Part shown: one piece after another, positions 41,101-56,100 of the stretch
How the letters are laid out: each line of letters begins with the position of its first letter
How positions within the stretch are numbered: position 1 is the first letter of the stretch
Assembly (NCBI GenBank): GCA_040954595.2
Contig: CM082585.2
Location: 882,814-946,813, forward strand
Reading direction: 5' to 3'
Length of the DNA stretch: 64,000 bases
Origin: Balanoglossus misakiensis
Taxonomy: Eukaryota; Animalia; Hemichordata
The notes under the pieces: model-generated
The model's input: the letters and a program-made list of their open reading frames with translations, nothing else
The model's database searches: none
What the model was told of the DNA's origin: nothing
Translations under genes and position numbers: made by a program

Positions 41101-44100
41101 AATTTTGTCATTTTTTGATGATTTTTAACCATGATTTTTTTTCAAAAATCGACGAAATTTTGAGATTTTGCAAAGAGGAAAATTTGTCATTTTTTGATGA
41201 TTTTCACCAATGATTTTTTTTCAAAAATGGACGAAATTTTGAGATTTTGCAGAGAGGAAAATTTGTCATTTTTTCATGATTTTCCCCCATGATTTTTTTC
41301 AAAAATTGGCAAAATTTTGAGATTTTGCAAAGTCGAAAATTTGTCATTTTTTGATGATTTTCACCCATGATTTTTTTTCAAAAATCGACGAAATTTTGAG
41401 ATTTTGCAAAGAGGAGAATTTGTCATTTTTTCATGATTTTACCCCATGATTTTTTTCAAAAATCGACGAAATTTTGAGATTTTGCAAAGTCGAAAATTTT
41501 GTCATTTTTTGATGATTTTCAACCATGATTTTTTTTCAAAAATCGACGAAAATTTGAGATTTTGCAAAGACGAAAATTTGTCATTTTTGATGATTTTTAC
41601 CCATGATTTTTTTTCAAAAATGGACGAAATTTTGAGATTTTGCAAAGACGAAAATTTGTCATTTTTTGATGATTTTCACCCATGATTTTTTTCAAAAATC
41701 GACGAAATTTTGAGATTTTGCAAAGTCGTAAATGTGTCATTTTTTGATGATTTTCACCAGTTTTTTTTTTCAAAATTTGTCATTTTTTCATGATTTTCCC
41801 CCATGATTTTTTTCAAAAATCGACGAAAATTTGAGATTTTGCAAAGACGAAAATTTGTCATTTTCGATGATTTTTACCCATGATTTTTTTTCAAAAATGG
41901 ACGAAATTTTGAGATTTTGCAAAGACGAAAATTTGTCATTTTTTGATGATTTTCACCCATGATTTTTTTTCAAAAAACGACGAAATTTTGAGATTTTGCA
42001 AAGAGGAAAATTTGTCATTTTTTCATGATTTTCACCCATGATTTTTTTCAAAAATCGACGAAATTTTGAGATTTTGCAAAGAGGAAAATTTGTCATTTTT
42101 TCATGATTTTCCCCCATGATTTTTTTCAAAAATCGACGAAAATTTGAGATTTTGCAAAGACGAAAATTTGTCATTTTTGATGATTTTTACCCATGATTTT
42201 TTTTCAAAAATGGACGAAATTTTGAGATTTTGCAAAGACGAAAATTTGTCATTTTTTGATGATTTTCACCAATGATTTTTTTTCAAAAAACGACGAAATT
42301 TTGAGATTTTGCAGAGGAAAATGTGTCATTTTTTGATGATTTTCACCCGTTTTTTTTTTCAAAATTTGTCATTTTTTGATGATTTTCACCCATGTTTTTT
42401 TTTTAAAAATCGACGAACCTATGATTTTTTTCAAAATCGACGAAATTTTGTGATTTTACAAAGTCGAAAATTTTGTCATTTTTTGATGATTTTTAACCAT
42501 GATTTTTTTTCAAAAATCGACGAAATTTTGAGATTTTGCAAAGAGGAAAATTTGTCATTTTTTGATGATTTTCACCAATGATTTTTTTTCAAAAATCGAC
42601 GAAATTTTGAGATTTTGCAGAGAGGAAAATTTGTCATTTTTTCATGATTTTCCCCCATGATTTTTTTCAAAAATCGACGAAATTTTGAGATTTTGCAAAG
42701 TCGAAAATTTGTCATTTTTTGATGATTTTCACCCATGATTTTTTCAAAAATTGACGAAATGTTGAGATTTTGCAAAGATGAAAATTTGTCATTTTTGATG
42801 ATTTTTACCCATAATTTTTTTTCAGAAATGGACGAAATTTTGAGGTTTTGCAAAGTCGAAAATTTGTTATTTTTTGATGATTTTCACCCATGTCTTTTTT
42901 TAAAAATCGACGAAATTTTGAGATTTTGCAAAGAGGAAAATTTGTCATTTTTTCATGATTTTCCCCCATGATTTTTTTCAAAAATCGACGAAATTTTGAG
43001 ATTTTGCAAAGTCGACGAAAATGTGTCATTTTTTGATGATTTTCAACCATGATTTTTTTTCAAAAATCGACGAAATTTTGAGATTTTGCAAAAACGAAAA
43101 TTTGTTATTTTTTGATGATTTTCACCCATGATTTTTTCAAAAATTGACGAAATTTTGAGATTTTGCAAAGTCGAAAATTTGTCATTTTTTGATGATTTTC
43201 ACACATGATTTTTTTCAAAAATCGACGAAATTGTGAGATTTTGCAAAGACGAAAATTTGTCATTTTTTGATGATTTTTACCCATGATTTTTTTTCAAAAA
43301 TGGACGAAATTTTGAGGTTTTGCAAAGTCGAAATTTTGTTATTTTTTGATGATTTTCACCCATGTCTTTTTTTAAAAATCGACGAAATTTTGAGATTTTG
43401 CAGAGGAAAATGTGTCATTTTTTGATGATTTTCACCCGTTTTTTTTTTTTCAAAATTTGTCATTTTTTGATGATTTTCACTCATGTTTTTTTTTTTAAAA
43501 ATCGACGAACCTATGATTTTTTTCAAAATCGACGAAATTTTGTGATTTTACAAAGTCGAAAATTTTGTCATTTTTTGATGATTTTTAACCATGATTTTTT
43601 TTCAAAAATCGACGAAATTTTGAGATTTTGCAAAGAGGAAAATTTGTCATTTTTTGATGATTTTCACCAATGATTTTTTTTCAAAAATCGACGAAATTTT
43701 GAGATTTTGCAGAGAGGAAAATTTGTCATTTTTTCATGATTTTCCCCCATGATTTTTTTCAAAAATCGACGAAATTTTGAGATTTTGCAAAGTCGAAAAT
43801 TTGTCATTTTTTGATAATTTTCACCCATGATTTTTTCAAAAATTGACGAAATGTTGAGATTTTGCAAAGAGGAAAATTTGTCATTTTTTCATGATTTTCC
43901 CCCATGATTTTTTTCAAAAATCGACGAAATTTTGAGATTTTGCAAAGTCGACGAAAATGTGTCATTTTTTGATGATTTTCAACCATGATTTTTTTTCAAA
44001 AATCGACGAAATTTTGAGATTTTGCAAAAACGAAAATTTGTTATTTTTTGATGATTTTCACCCATGATTTTTTCAAAAATTGACGAAATTTTGAGATTTT

Positions 44101-47100
44101 GCAAAGTCGAAAATTTGTCATTTTTTGATGATTTTCACACATGATTTTTTTCAAAAATCGACGAAATTGTGAGATTTTGCAAAGACGAAAATTTGTCATT
44201 TTTTGATGATTTTTACCCATGATTTTTTTTCAAAAATGGACGAAATTTTGAGGTTTTGCAAAGTCGAAAATTTGTTATTTTTTGATGATTTTCACCCATG
44301 TCTTTTTTTAAAAATCGACGAAATTTTGAGATTTTGCAAAGTGGAAAATTTGTCATTTTTTCATGATTTTCCCCCATGATTTTTTTCAAAAATCGACGAA
44401 ATTTTGAGATTTTGCAAAGTCGACGAAAATGTGTCATTTTTTGATGATTTTCACCCGTTTTTTTTTCAAAATTTGTCATTTTTTGATGATTTTCACCCAT
44501 GTTTTTTTTTTAAAAAATGGACGAAATTTTGAGGTTTTGCAAAGTCGAAATTTTGTTATTTTTTGATGATTTTCACCCATGTCTTTTTTTAAAAATCGAC
44601 GAAATTTTGAGATTTTGCAGAGGAAAATGTGTCATTTTTTGATGATTTTCACCCGTTTTTTTTTTTTCAAAATTTGTCATTTTTTGATGATTTTCACTCA
44701 TGTTTTTTTTTTAAAAATCGACGAACCTATGATTTTTTTCAAAATCGACGAAATTTTGTGATTTTACAAAGTCGAAAATTTTGTCATTTTTTGATGATTT
44801 TTAACCATGATTTTTTTTCAAAAATCGACGAAATTTTGAGATTTTGCAAAGAGGAAAATTTGTCATTTTTTGATGATTTTCACCAATGATTTTTTTTCAA
44901 AAATCGACGAAATTTTGAGATTTTGCAGAGAGGAAAATTTGTCATTTTTTCATGATTTTCCCCCATGATTTTTTTCAAAAATCGACGAAATTTTGAGATT
45001 TTGCAAAGTCGAAAATTTGTCATTTTTTGATAATTTTCACCCATGATTTTTTCAAAAATTGACGAAATGTTGAGATTTTGCAAAGAGGAAAATTTGTCAT
45101 TTTTTCATGATTTTCCCCCATGATTTTTTTCAAAAATCGACGAAATTTTGAGATTTTGCAAAGTCGACGAAAATGTGTCATTTTTTGATGATTTTCAACC
45201 ATGATTTTTTTTCAAAAATCGACGAAATTTTGAGATTTTGCAAAAACGAAAATTTGTTATTTTTTGATGATTTTCACCCATGATTTTTTCAAAAATTGAC
45301 GAAATTTTGAGATTTTGCAAAGTCGAAAATTTGTCATTTTTTGATGATTTTCACACATGATTTTTTTCAAAAATCGACGAAATTGTGAGATTTTGCAAAG
45401 ACGAAAATTTGTCATTTTTTGATGATTTTTACCCATGATTTTTTTTCAAAAATGGACGAAATTTTGAGGTTTTGCAAAGTCGAAAATTTGTTATTTTTTG
45501 ATGATTTTCACCCATGTCTTTTTTTAAAAATCGACGAAATTTTGAGATTTTGCAAAGTGGAAAATTTGTCATTTTTTCATGATTTTCCCCCATGATTTTT
45601 TTCAAAAGTCGACGAAATTTTGAGATTTTGCAAAGTCGACGAAAATGTGTCATTTTTTGATGATTTTCACCCGTTTTTTTTTCAAAATTTGTCATTTTTT
45701 GATGATTTTCACCCATGTTTTTTTTTTAAAAAATCGACGAACCTATGATTTTTTTCAAAATCGACGAAATTTTGTGATTTTACAAAGTCGAAAATTTTGT
45801 CATTTTTTGATGATTTTCAACCATGATTTTTTTTCAAAAATCGACGAAAATTTGAGATTTTGCAAAGACAAAAATTTGTCATTTTTGATGATTTTTACCC
45901 ATGATTTTTTTTCAAAAATGGACGAAATTTTGAGATTTTGCAAAGAGGAAAATTTGTCATTTTTTCATGATTTTCCCCCATGATTTTTTTCAAAAATCGA
46001 CGAAATTTTGTCATTTTACAAATTCGAAAATTTTGTCATTTTTTGATGATTTTCAACCATGATTTTTTTTTCAAAAATCGACGAAAATTTGAGATTTTGC
46101 AAAGACGAAAATTTGTCATTTTTGATGATTTTTACCCATGATTTTTTTTCAAAAATGGACGAAATTTTGAGATTTTGCAAAGACGAAAATTTGTCATTTT
46201 TTGATGATTTTCACCCATGATTTTTTTTCAAAAATCGACGAAATTTTGAGATTTTGCAAAGTCGTAAATGTGTCATTTTTTGATGATTTTCACCAGTTTT
46301 TTTTTTCAAAATTTGTCATTTTTTCATGATTTTCCCCCATGATTTTTTTCAAAAATCGACGAAAATTTGAGATTTTGCAAAGACGAAAATTTGTCATTTT
46401 CGATGATTTTTACCCTTGCTTTTTTTTCAAAAAACGACGAAATTTTGAGATTTTGCAGAGGAAAATGTGTCATTTTTTCATGATTTTCCCCCATGATTTT
46501 TTTCAAAAATCGACGAAATTTTGAGATTTTGCAAAGTCGAAAATTTGTCATTTTTTCATGATTTTCACCAATGATTTTTTTTCAAAAATCGACGAAATTT
46601 TGAGATTTTGCAGTGAGGAAAATTTGTCATTTTTTCATGATTTTCCCCCATGATTTTTTTCAAAAATCGACGAAATTTTGAGATTTTGCAAAGTCGAAAA
46701 TTTGTCATTTTTTCATGACTTTTACCCATGATTTTTTCAAAAATTGACGAAATGTTGAGATTTTGCAAAGTCGAAAATTTGTCATTTTTTGATGATTTTC
46801 ACCCATGTTTTTTTTTAAAAATCGACGAAAATTTGAGATTTTGCAAAGTCGAAAATTTTGTCATTTTTTGATGATTTTCAACCATGATTTTTTTTCAAAA
46901 ATCGACGAAAATTTGAGATTTTGCAAAGACGAAAATTTGTCATTTTTTGATGATTTTCACCCATGATTTTTTTTCAGAAATCGACGAAATTTTGAGATTT
47001 TGCAAAGTCGAAAATTTGTCATTTTTTGATCATTTTCATCCATGATTTTTTTTTAAAAATTGACGAAATTTTGAGATTTTGCAAAGTCGAAAATTTGTCA

Positions 47101-50100
47101 TTTTTTGATGATTTTCACCAATGTTGTTTTTAAAAAATCGACGAACCCATGATTTTTTTCAAAATCGACGAAATTTTGAGATTTTGCAAAGTCGAAAATT
47201 TGTCATTTTTTGATGATTTTCACCCATGATTTTTTCAAAAATTGACGAAATTTTGAGATTTTGCAAAGTCGAAAATTTGTCATTTTTTGATGATTTTCAC
47301 CCATGATTTTTTTCAAAAATCGACGAAATTTTGAGATTTTGCAAAGTCGAAAATCTGTCATTTTTTGATGATTTTCACCCATGTTTTTTTTAAAAAAATC
47401 GACGAACCTATGATTTTTTTCAAAATCGACGAAATTGTGTGATTTTGCAAACTCGAAAATGTTGTCATTTTTTGATGATTTTCAACCATGATTTTTTTTC
47501 AAAAATCGACGAAATTTTGAGATTTTGCAAAGTTGAAAATTTTGTCATTTTTTGATGATTTTCACCCATGATTTTTTCAAAAATTGATGAAATTTTGAGA
47601 TTTTGCAAAGTCGAAAATTTGTCATTTTTTGATGATTTTCACCCATGATTTTTTTTCAAAAATGGACGAAATTTTGAGCTTTTGCAAAGTCGAAAATTTG
47701 TCATTTTTTGATGATTTTCACCTATGATTTTTTTCAAAAATCGACGAAATGTTGAGATTTTGCAAAGTTGAAAATTTTGTCATTTTTTGATGATTTTCAC
47801 CCATGATTTTTTCAAAAATTGATGAAATTTTGAGATTTTGCGAAGTCGAAAATTTTTCATTTTTTAATGATTTTCACCCATGATTTTTTTCAAAAATCGA
47901 CGAAATTTTGAGATTTTGCAAAGTCGAAAATTTGTCATTTTTTGATGATTTTCAACCATTATTTTTTTTCAAAAATCGACGAAATTTTGAGATTTTGCAA
48001 AGTCGAAAATTTGTCATTTTTTGATAATTTTCACCTATGATTTTTTTCAAAAAAAGACAAAATTTTGTGAGATTTTGCAAAGTCGAAAATTTGTCATTTT
48101 TTGATGATTTTCACCCATGATTTTTTTCAAAAATCGACGAAATTTTGAGATTTTGCAAAGTCGAAAATCTGTCATTTTTTGATGATTTTCACCCATGTTT
48201 TTTTTAAAAAAATCGACAAACCTATGATTTTTTTCAAAATCGACGAAATTGTGTGATTTTGCAAACTCGAAAATGTTGTCATTTTTTGATGATTTTCAAC
48301 CATGATTTTTTTTTCAAAAATCGACGAAATTTTGAGATTTTGCAAAGTTGAAAATTTTGTCATTTTTTGATGATTTTCACCCATGATTTTTTCAAAAATT
48401 GACGAAATTTTGAGATTTTGCAAAGTCGAAAATTTGTCATTTTTTGATGATTTTCACCCATGATTTTTTTTTAAAAATGGACGAAATTTTGAGCTTTTGC
48501 AAAGTCGAAAATTTGTCATTTTTTGATGATTTTCACCTATGATTTTTTTCAAAAATCGACGAAATGTTGAGATTTTGCAAAGTTGAAAATTTTGTCATTT
48601 TTTGATGATTTTCACCCATGATTTTTTTTCAAAAAACGACGAAATTTTGAGATTTTGCAGAGGAAAATGTGTCATTTTTTGATGATTTTCACCCGTTTTT
48701 TTTTTCAAAATTTGTCATTTTTTGATGATTTTCACCCATGTTTTTTTTCTAAAAATCGACGAACCTATGATTTTTTTCAAAATCGACGAAATTTTGTGAT
48801 TTTACAAAGTCGAAAATTTTGTCATTTTTTGATGATTTTCACCAATGATTTTTTTTCAAAAATCGACGAAATTTTGAGATTTTGCAGAGAGGAAAATTTG
48901 TCATTTTTTCATGATTTTCCCCCATGATTTTTTTCAAAAATCGACGAAATTTTGAGATTTTGCAAAGTCGAAAATTTGTCATTTTTTGATGATTTTCACC
49001 CGTTTTTTTTCAAAATTTGTCATTTTTTGATGATTTTCACCCATGATTTTTTTTCAGAAATCGACGAAATTTTGAGATTTTGCCAAGTCGAAAATTTGTC
49101 ATTTTTTGATCATTTTCATCCATGATTTTTTTCAAAAATTGACGAAATTTTGAGATTTTGCAAAGTCGAAAATTTGTCATTTTTTGATGATTTTCACCAA
49201 TGTTGTTTTTAAAAAATCGACGAACCCATGATTTTTTTCAAAATCGACGAAATTTTGAGATTTTGCAAAGTCGAAAATTTGTCATTTTTTGATGATTTTC
49301 ACCCATGATTTTTTCAAAAATTGACGAAATTTTGAGATTTTGCAAAGTCGAAAATTTGTCATTTTTTGATGATTTTCACCCATGATTTTTTTCAAAATCG
49401 ACGAAATTGTGTGATTTTGCAAACTCGAAAATGTTGTCATTTTTTGATGATTTTCAACCATGATTTTTTTTCAAAAATCGACGAAATTTTGAGATTTTGC
49501 AAAGTTGAAAATTTTGAGCTTTTGCAAAGTCGAAAATTTGTCATTTTTTGATGATTTTCACCTATGATTTTTATCAAAAATCGACGAAATGTTGAGATTT
49601 TGCAAAGTTGAAAATTTTGTCATTTTTGATGATTTTCACCCATGATTTTTTCAAAAATTGATGAAATTTTGAGATTTTGCAAAGTCGAAAATCTGTCATT
49701 TTTTGATGATTTTCACCCATGTTTTTTTTTAAAAAATCGACGAACCTATGATTTTTTTCAAAATCGACGAAATTGTGTGATTTTGCAAACTCGAAAATGT
49801 TGTCATTTTTTGATGATTTTCAACCATGATTTTTTTTCAAAAATCGACGAAATTTTGAGATTTTGCAAAGTTGAAAATTTTGTCATTTTTTGATGATTTT
49901 CACCCATGATTTTTTCAAAAATTGACGAAATTTTGAGATTTTGCAAAGTCGAAAATTTGTCATTTTTTGATGATTTTCACCCATGATTTTTTTTTAAAAA
50001 TGGACGAAATTTTGAGCTTTTGCAAAGTCGAAAATTTGTCATTTTTTGATGATTTTCACCTATGATTTTTTTCAAAAATCGACGAAATGTTGAGATTTTG

Positions 50101-53100
50101 CAAAGTTGAAAATTTTGTCATTTTTTGATGATTTTCACCCATGATTTTTTTTCAAAAAACGACGAAATTTTGAGATTTTGCAGAGGAAAATGTGTCATTT
50201 TTTGATGATTTTCACCCGTTTTTTTTTTCAAAATTTGTCATTTTTTGATGATTTTCACCCATGTTTTTTTTTTTAAAAATCGACGAACCTATGATTTTTT
50301 TCAAAATCGACGAAATTTTGTGATTTTACAAAGTCGAAAATTTTGTCATTTTTTGATGATTTTTAACCATGATTTTTTTTCAAAAATCGACGAAATTTTG
50401 AGATTTTGCAAAGAGGAAAATTTGTCATTTTTTGATGATTTTCACCAATGATTTTTTTTCAAAAATCGACGAAATTTTGAGATTTTGCAGAGAGGAAAAT
50501 TTGTCATTTTTTCATGATTTTCCCCCATGATTTTTTTCAAAAATCGACGAAATTTTGAGATTTTGCAAAGTCGAAAATTTGTCATTTTTTGATGATTTTC
50601 ACCCGTTTTTTTCAAAATTTGTCATTTTTTGATGATTTTAACCCATGATTTTTTTTCAGAAATCGACGAAATTTTGAGATTTTGCAAAGTCGAAAATTTG
50701 TCATTTTTTGATCATTTTCATCCATGATTTTTTTCAAAAATTGACGAAATTTTGAGATTTTGCAAAGTCGAAAATTTGTCATTTTTTGATGATTTTCACC
50801 AATGTTGTTTTTAAAAAATCGACGAACCCATGATTTTTTTCAAAATCGACGAAATTTTGAGATTTTGCAAAGTCGAAAATTTGTCATTTTTTGATGATTT
50901 TCACCCATGATTTTTTCAAAAATCGACGAAATTTTGAGATTTTGCAGAGAGGAAAATTTGTCATTTTTTGATGATTTTCACCCTTGATTTTCTTCAAAAA
51001 TCGACGAAATTTTGAGATTTTGCAAAGTCGAAAATTTGTCATTTTTTGATGATTTTCACCCATGATTTTTTCAAAAATTGACGAAATGTTGAGATTTTGC
51101 AAAGTCGAAAATTTTTCATTTTTTGATGATTTTCACCCGTGATTTTTTTCAAAAATGGACGAAATTTTGAGATTTTGCAAAGACGAAAATTTGTCATTTT
51201 TTGATGATTTTCACCCATGATTTTTTTTCAAAAATCGACGAAATTTTGAGATTTTGCAAAGAGGAGAATTTATCATTTTTTCATGATTTTCCCCCATGAT
51301 TTTTTTCAAAAATCGACGAAATTTTGAGATTTTGCAAAGTCGACGAAAATGTGTCATTTTTTGATGATTTTCAACCATGATTTTTTTTCAAAAATCGACG
51401 AAATTTTGAGATTTTGCAAAAACGAAAATTTGTTATTTTTTGATGATTTTCACCCATGATTTTTTCAAAAATTGACGAAATTTTGAGATTTTGCAAAGTC
51501 GAAAATTTGTCATTTTTTGATGATTTTCACACATGATTTTTTTCAAAAATCGACGAAATTGTGAGATTTTGCAAAGACGAAAATTTGTCATTTTTTGATG
51601 ATTTTTACCCATGATTTTTTTTCAAAAATGGACGAAATTTTGAGGTTTTGCAAAGTCGAAAATTTGTTATTTTTTGATGATTTTCACCCATGTCTTTTTT
51701 TAAAAATCGACGAAATTTTGAGATTTTGCAAAGTCGACGAAAATGTGTCATTTTTTGATGATTTTCACCCGTTTTTTTTCAAAATTTGTCATTTTTTGAT
51801 GATTTTCACCCATGTTTTTTTTAAAAAAAATCGACGAACCTATGATTTTTTTCAAAATCGACGAAATTTTGTGATTTTACAAAGTCGAAAATTTTGTCAT
51901 TTTTTGATGATTTTCAACCATGATTTTTTTTCAAAAATCGACGAAAATTTGAGATTTTGCAAAGACAAAAATTTGTCATTTTTGATGATTTTTACCCATG
52001 ATTTTTTTTCAAAAATGGACGAAATTTTGAGATTTTGCAAAGAGGAAAATTTGTCATTTTTTCATGATTTTCCCCCATGATTTTTTTCAAAAATCGACGA
52101 AATTTTGTCATTTTACAAATTCGAAAATTTTGTCATTTTTTGATGATTTTCAACCATGATTTTTTTTTCAAAAATCGACGAAAATTTGAGATTTTGCAAA
52201 CGAAGATTTGTCATTTTTGATGATTTTTACCCATGATTTTTTTTCAAAAATGGACGAAATTTTGAGATTTTGCAAAGACGAAAATTTGTCATATTTTGAT
52301 GATTTTCACCCATGATTTTTTTTCAAAAATCGACGAAATTTTGAGATTTTGCAAAGTCGTAAATGTGTCATTTTTTGATGATTTTCACCAGTTTTTTTTC
52401 TTCAAAATTTGTCATTTTTTCATGATTTTCCCCCATGATTTTTTTCAAAAATCGACGAAAATTTGAGATTTTGCAAAGACGAAAATTTGTCATTTTCGAT
52501 GATTTTTACCCATGATTTTTTTTCAAAAAACGACGAAATTTTGAGATTTTGCAGAGGAAAATGTGTCATTTTTTGATGATTTTCACCCGTTTTTTTTTTC
52601 AAAATTTGTCATTTTTTGATGATTTTCACCCATGTTTTTTTTTTAAAAATCGACGAACCTATGATTTTTTTCAAAATCGACGAAATTTTGTGATTTTACA
52701 AAGTCGAAAATTTTGTCATTTTTTGATTATTTTTAACCATGATTTTTTTTCAAAAATCGACGAAATTTTGAGATTTTGCAAAGAGGAAAATTTGTCATTT
52801 TTCAATGATTTTCACCAATGATTTTTTTTCAAAAATCGACGAAATTTTGAGATTTTGCAGAGAGGAAAATTTGTCATTTTTTCATGATTTTCCCCCATGA
52901 TTTTTTTCAAAAATCGACGAAATTTTGAGATTTTGCAAAGTCGAAAATTTGTCATTTTTTCATGATTTTCACCCATGATTTTTTCAAAAATTGACGAAAT
53001 GTTGAGATTTTGCAAAGTCGAAAATTTGTCATTTTTTGATGATTTTCACCCGTGATTTTTTTCAAAAATGGACGAAATTTTGAGATTTTGCAAAGACGAA

Positions 53101-56100
53101 AATTTGTCATTTTTTGATGATTTTCACCCATGATTTTTTTTCAAAAATCGACGAAATTTTGAGATTTTGCAAAGAGGAGAATTTGTCATTTTTTCATGAT
53201 TTTCCCCCATGATTTTTTTCAAAAATCGACGAAATTTTGAGATTTTGCAAAGTCGAAAATTTTGTCATTTTTTGATGATTTTCAACCATGATTTTTTTTT
53301 CAAAAATCGACGAAAATGTGAGATTTTGCAAAGACGAAAATTTGTCATTTTTGATGATTTTTACCCATGATTTTTTTTCAAAAATGGACGAAATTTTGAG
53401 ATTTTGCAAAGACGAAAATTTGTCATTTTTTGATGATTTTCACCCATGATTTTTTTTCAAAAATCGACGAAATTTTGAGATTTTGCAAAGTCGTAAATGT
53501 GTCATTTTTTGATGATTTTCACCAGTTTTTTTTTTTTAAATTTGTCATTTTTTCATGATTTTCCCCCATGATTTTTTTCAAAAATCGACGAAAATTTGAG
53601 ATTTTGCAAAGACGAAAATTTGTCATTTTCGATGATTTTTACCCATGATTTTTTTTCAAAAATGGACGAAATTTTGAGATTTTGCAAAGACGAAAATTTG
53701 TCATTTTTTGATGATTTTCACCCATGATTTTTTTCAAAAATCGACGAAATTTTGAGATTTTGCAAAGAGGAAAATATGTCATTTTTTCATGATTTTCCCC
53801 CATGATTTTTTTCAAAAATCGACGAAAATTTGAGATTTTCCAAAGACGAAAATTTGTCATTTTTGATGATTTTTACCCATGATTTTTTTTCAAAAATGGA
53901 CGAAATTTTTAGATTTTGCAAAGACGAAAATTTGTCATTTTTTGATGATTTTCACCCATGATTTTTTTCAAAAATCGACGAAATTTTGAGATTTTGCAAA
54001 GTCGAAAATTTGTCATTTTTTGATGATTTTCATCCATGATTTTTTTTTAAAAATTGACGAAATTTTGAGATTTTGCAAAGTCGAAAATTTGTCATTTTTT
54101 GATGATTTTCACCAATGTTGTTTTTAAAAAATCGACGAACCCATGATTTTTTTCAAAATCGACGAAATTTTGAGATTTTGCAAAGTCGAAAATTTGTCAT
54201 TTTTTGATGATTTTCACCTATGATTTTTTTCAAAAAAAGACGAAATTTTGAGATTTTGCGAAGTCGAAAATTTTTCATTTTTTGATGATTTTCACCCATG
54301 ATTTTTTTCAAAAATCGACGAAATTTTGAGATTTTGCAAAGTCGAAAATTTGTCATTTTTTGATGATTACCACCTATGATTTTTTTAAAAATTGACGAAA
54401 TTTTGAGATTTTGCAAAGTCGAAAATTTGTCATTTTTTGATGATTTTCACCTATGATTTTTTTCAAAAATCGACAAAATTTTGAGATTTTGCAAAGTCGA
54501 AAATTTGTCATTTTTTGATGATTTTCACCCATGATTTTTTTCAAAATCGACGAAATTTTGTGATTTTACAAAGTCGAAAATTTTGTCATTTTTTGATGAT
54601 TTTCAACCATGATTTTTTTTCAAAAATCGACGAAAATTTGAGATTTTGCAAAGTCGAAAATTTGTCATTTTTTGATAATGTTCACCTATGATTTTTTTTC
54701 AAAAAAAAAGACAAAATTTTGAGATTTTGCAAAGTCGAAAATTTGTCATTTTTTGATGATTTTCCCCCATGATTTTTTTCAAAAATCGACGAAATTTTGA
54801 GATTTTGCAAAGTCGAAAATTTGTCATTTTTTGATGATTTTCACCCATGTTTTTTTTAAAAAAATCGACGAACCTATGATTTTTTTCAAAATCGACGACA
54901 TTTTGAGATTTTGCAAAGTCGAAAATTTGTCATTTTTTGATGATTTTCAACCATTATTTTTTTTCAAAAATCGACGAAATTTTGAGATTTTGCAAAGTCG
55001 AAAATTTGTCATTTTTTGATGATTTTCAACCATTATTTTTTTTCAAAAACCGACGAAATTTTGAGATTTTGCAAAGTCGAAAATTTGTCATTTTTTGATG
55101 ATTTTCAACCATTATTTTTTTTCAAAAACCGACGAAATTTTGAGATTTTGCAAAGTCGAAAATTTGTCATTTTTTGATAATGTTCACCTATGATTTTTTT
55201 CAAAAAAAAGACAAAATTTTGAGATTTTGCAAAGTCGAAAATTTGTCATTTTTTGATGATTTTCACCCATGATTTTTTCAAAAATTGATGAAATTTTGAG
55301 ATTTTGCAAAGTCGAAAATTTGTCATTTTTTGATGATTTTCACCCATGATTTTTTTCGAAAATCGACGAAATGTTGAGTTTTTGCAAAGTCGAAAATTTG
55401 TCATTTTTTGATGATTTTCATCCATGATTTTTTTTTAAAAATCGACGAAATTTTGAGATTTTGCAAAGTCGAAAATTTGTCATTTTTTGATGATTTTCAC
55501 CTATGATTTTTTTCAAAAAAAGACAAAATTTTGAGATTATGCGAAGTCGAAAATTTTTAATTTTTTGATGATTTTCACCCATGATTTTTTTCAAAAATCG
55601 ACGAAATTTTGAGATTTTGCAAAGTCGAACATTTGTCATTATTTGATGATTTTCACCAATGTTGTTTTTAAAAAATCGACGAACCTATGATTTTTTTCAA
55701 AATCGACGAAATTTTGTGATTTTACAAAGTCGAAAATTTTGTCATTTTTTGATTATTTTTAACCATGATTTTTTTTCAAAAATCGACGAAATTTTGAGAT
55801 TTTGCAAAGAGGAAAATTTGTCATTTTTCAATGATTTTCACCAATGATTTTTTTTCAAAAATCGACGAAATTTTGAGATTTTGCAGAGAGGAAAATTTGT
55901 CATTTTTTCATGATTTTCCCCCATGATTTTTTTCAAAAATCGACGAAATTTTGAGATTTTGCAAAGTCGAAAATTTGTCATTTTTTCATGATTTTCACCC
56001 ATGATTTTTTCAAAAATTGACGAAATGTTGAGATTTTGCAAAGTCGAAAATTTGTCATTTTTTGATGATTTTCACCCGTGATTTTTTTCAAAAATGGACG